Assembly (NCBI GenBank): GCA_045837725.1
Contig: JBEWZL010000221.1
Coordinates: forward strand, 124,001 to 188,000
DNA: 64,000 nt
Source of the DNA: Vermamoeba vermiformis
Taxonomy: Eukaryota
Direction of reading: 5' to 3'
Shown: positions 62,948 to 64,000 of the stretch, in pieces
Numbering within the stretch: position 1 is the first letter of the stretch
How the letters are laid out: every line of letters begins with the position of its first letter
Notes under the pieces: model-generated
The model's input: only the letters and a program-made list of their open reading frames with translations
Database searches by the model: none
What the model was told of the DNA's origin: nothing
Program-made: the position numbers and the translations under genes

Positions 62948-64000
62948 TCAATGCCAGTCAAAATGATGCTTGATCCGATCGAACCTCTGGCCGTTCAGAT
63001 CGTGTTGATGAATAGTAACTTCCATTAAGCCGTTGTCACCAAACATCCAATCCTGATCCGTCTCCACTTCCATAAGCAGCCGATCTTGACATTGGTGCGG
63101 GTAATCACGTGAGCAAACGATATGATCGCTATGGTAGCTATTATACACTCGCTCTTGTTCGTTGTTGGCAGACGGAGCGCAACTCCGAAGGTTCATCTCG
63201 TCGCAGTACTTCGCCAGACAGGCCTCGTATGTCCTTTGAAATGGCGTGCTCAATCCTAACAGCGCATGCTTGCCATACTTCTTGCGTAGAAAATTCGTGA
63301 TCGTAGTGAGAGCGAGGTCTTCGTCGTCCGTCAAATCAAACAGCGGCAAGTTGTGCGAGTACTTCCCGATCGTGAGGATCTGCGTGAACTCCGCGCGACA
63401 AGACTTGTAGATGTGTCGCGCCTTCTCGGAATTTGGGCCCACAGGTCTCGTTCTGATTAAATTTTCGTTTGTGTTAGACGCGTAGAAGTGAAGTTTAGCG
63501 TTGCTGTGAAGGTTCTTGTGGTCACTGTTAACGAGCACGTAAAATATTCCGCGCTTTGGCAATAATCGCCTAATATGGAAATCATCGGGAATATCTTCAA
63601 GATTCAATTGAAATAGCAGCTGCGGGATTTCTAAGCCCTTTTCCGTTTTGAAGTTCGGCACCCAACTCTCGGGCAGATCGGGACATCCTCCGAACTTGCT
63701 TCGTCCTACAGGTATGTTGTCTTCATTAGGCTCGGGGACTGTATTAATTCGCACCTGCCAGTACATTTGATAGGCTGCTTTATATAGAGCTCGGTCGTTC
63801 TTCAGAAACGGCTCGTAGACTTGCATCCGTAACTCGTTCTTGTGATCTTCAAGCAGCTTCTTTAAGTACTCTCCTTTATCTCTGACCTCTAATAATATGT
63901 TAGTACTGTTTTAACAAATGTTTGCAATTGATTAGCGAGAACGGATCTCGCGATCAAGCGCAGTTGGAGATATCATCGTACGTACCTCTTATTTTCGATA
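62948..64000 (-). CDS. DUF1963/YwqG-like domain protein, 5' end beyond the window
   Basis: SKFGGCPDLP, LLFQLNLEDIP, LPKRGIFY and WMFGDNG...I...DL...FD are DUF1963 motifs. The acceptor near 63890 and a donor near 63985 show upstream exon(s) running off the window. Confidence 0.75.

Noticed and set aside
1-64000. Transposons, viral insertions and rRNA/tRNA genes
   Set aside because: No transposase, reverse transcriptase, integrase, capsid, terminal repeats or structural RNA signatures were recognisable by eye. A covariance-model and repeat-library search would be needed to exclude them fully.

Overview
This is gene-dense, intron-rich nuclear DNA from a unicellular eukaryote. It uses the standard genetic code and has short GT-AG introns, mostly ~45-100 nt, with CTAAY branch points. 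The gene content suggests an amoeboid protist such as an amoebozoan, but that is inference. I rebuilt about 27 spliced genes by hand from the ORF fragments, so exon boundaries are predictions without transcript support. Recognisable genes: two ankyrin-repeat proteins, GGACT/AIG2-like cyclotransferase, Kelch-BTB, an SH3-DOCK Rac GEF with a Pro/Gly/Met insert, ERG28, a divergent Rab, two GPI-type S8 subtilisins, XRCC4 (invisible in the ORF track), a TTBK/CK1 kinase, several F-box/LRR genes, an LRR receptor kinase, a 2OG-Fe(II) oxygenase-like protein, HTATIP2/TIP30-like and a DUF1963/YwqG-like gene. The most interesting items are four. (1) An LRR receptor kinase whose ectodomain is built from ~28 same-phase, frame-preserving small exons. 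(2) A bacterial-type, nearly intronless 700-aa domain given a eukaryotic signal peptide and a spliced-on stalk/GPI tail. (3) A beta-propeller/pseudo-RasGAP/CxxC-redoxin fusion. (4) Paralogous LRR-like genes with a homogenised C-terminal F-box-like cassette. I could not support any rRNA, tRNA, CRISPR array or transposon.
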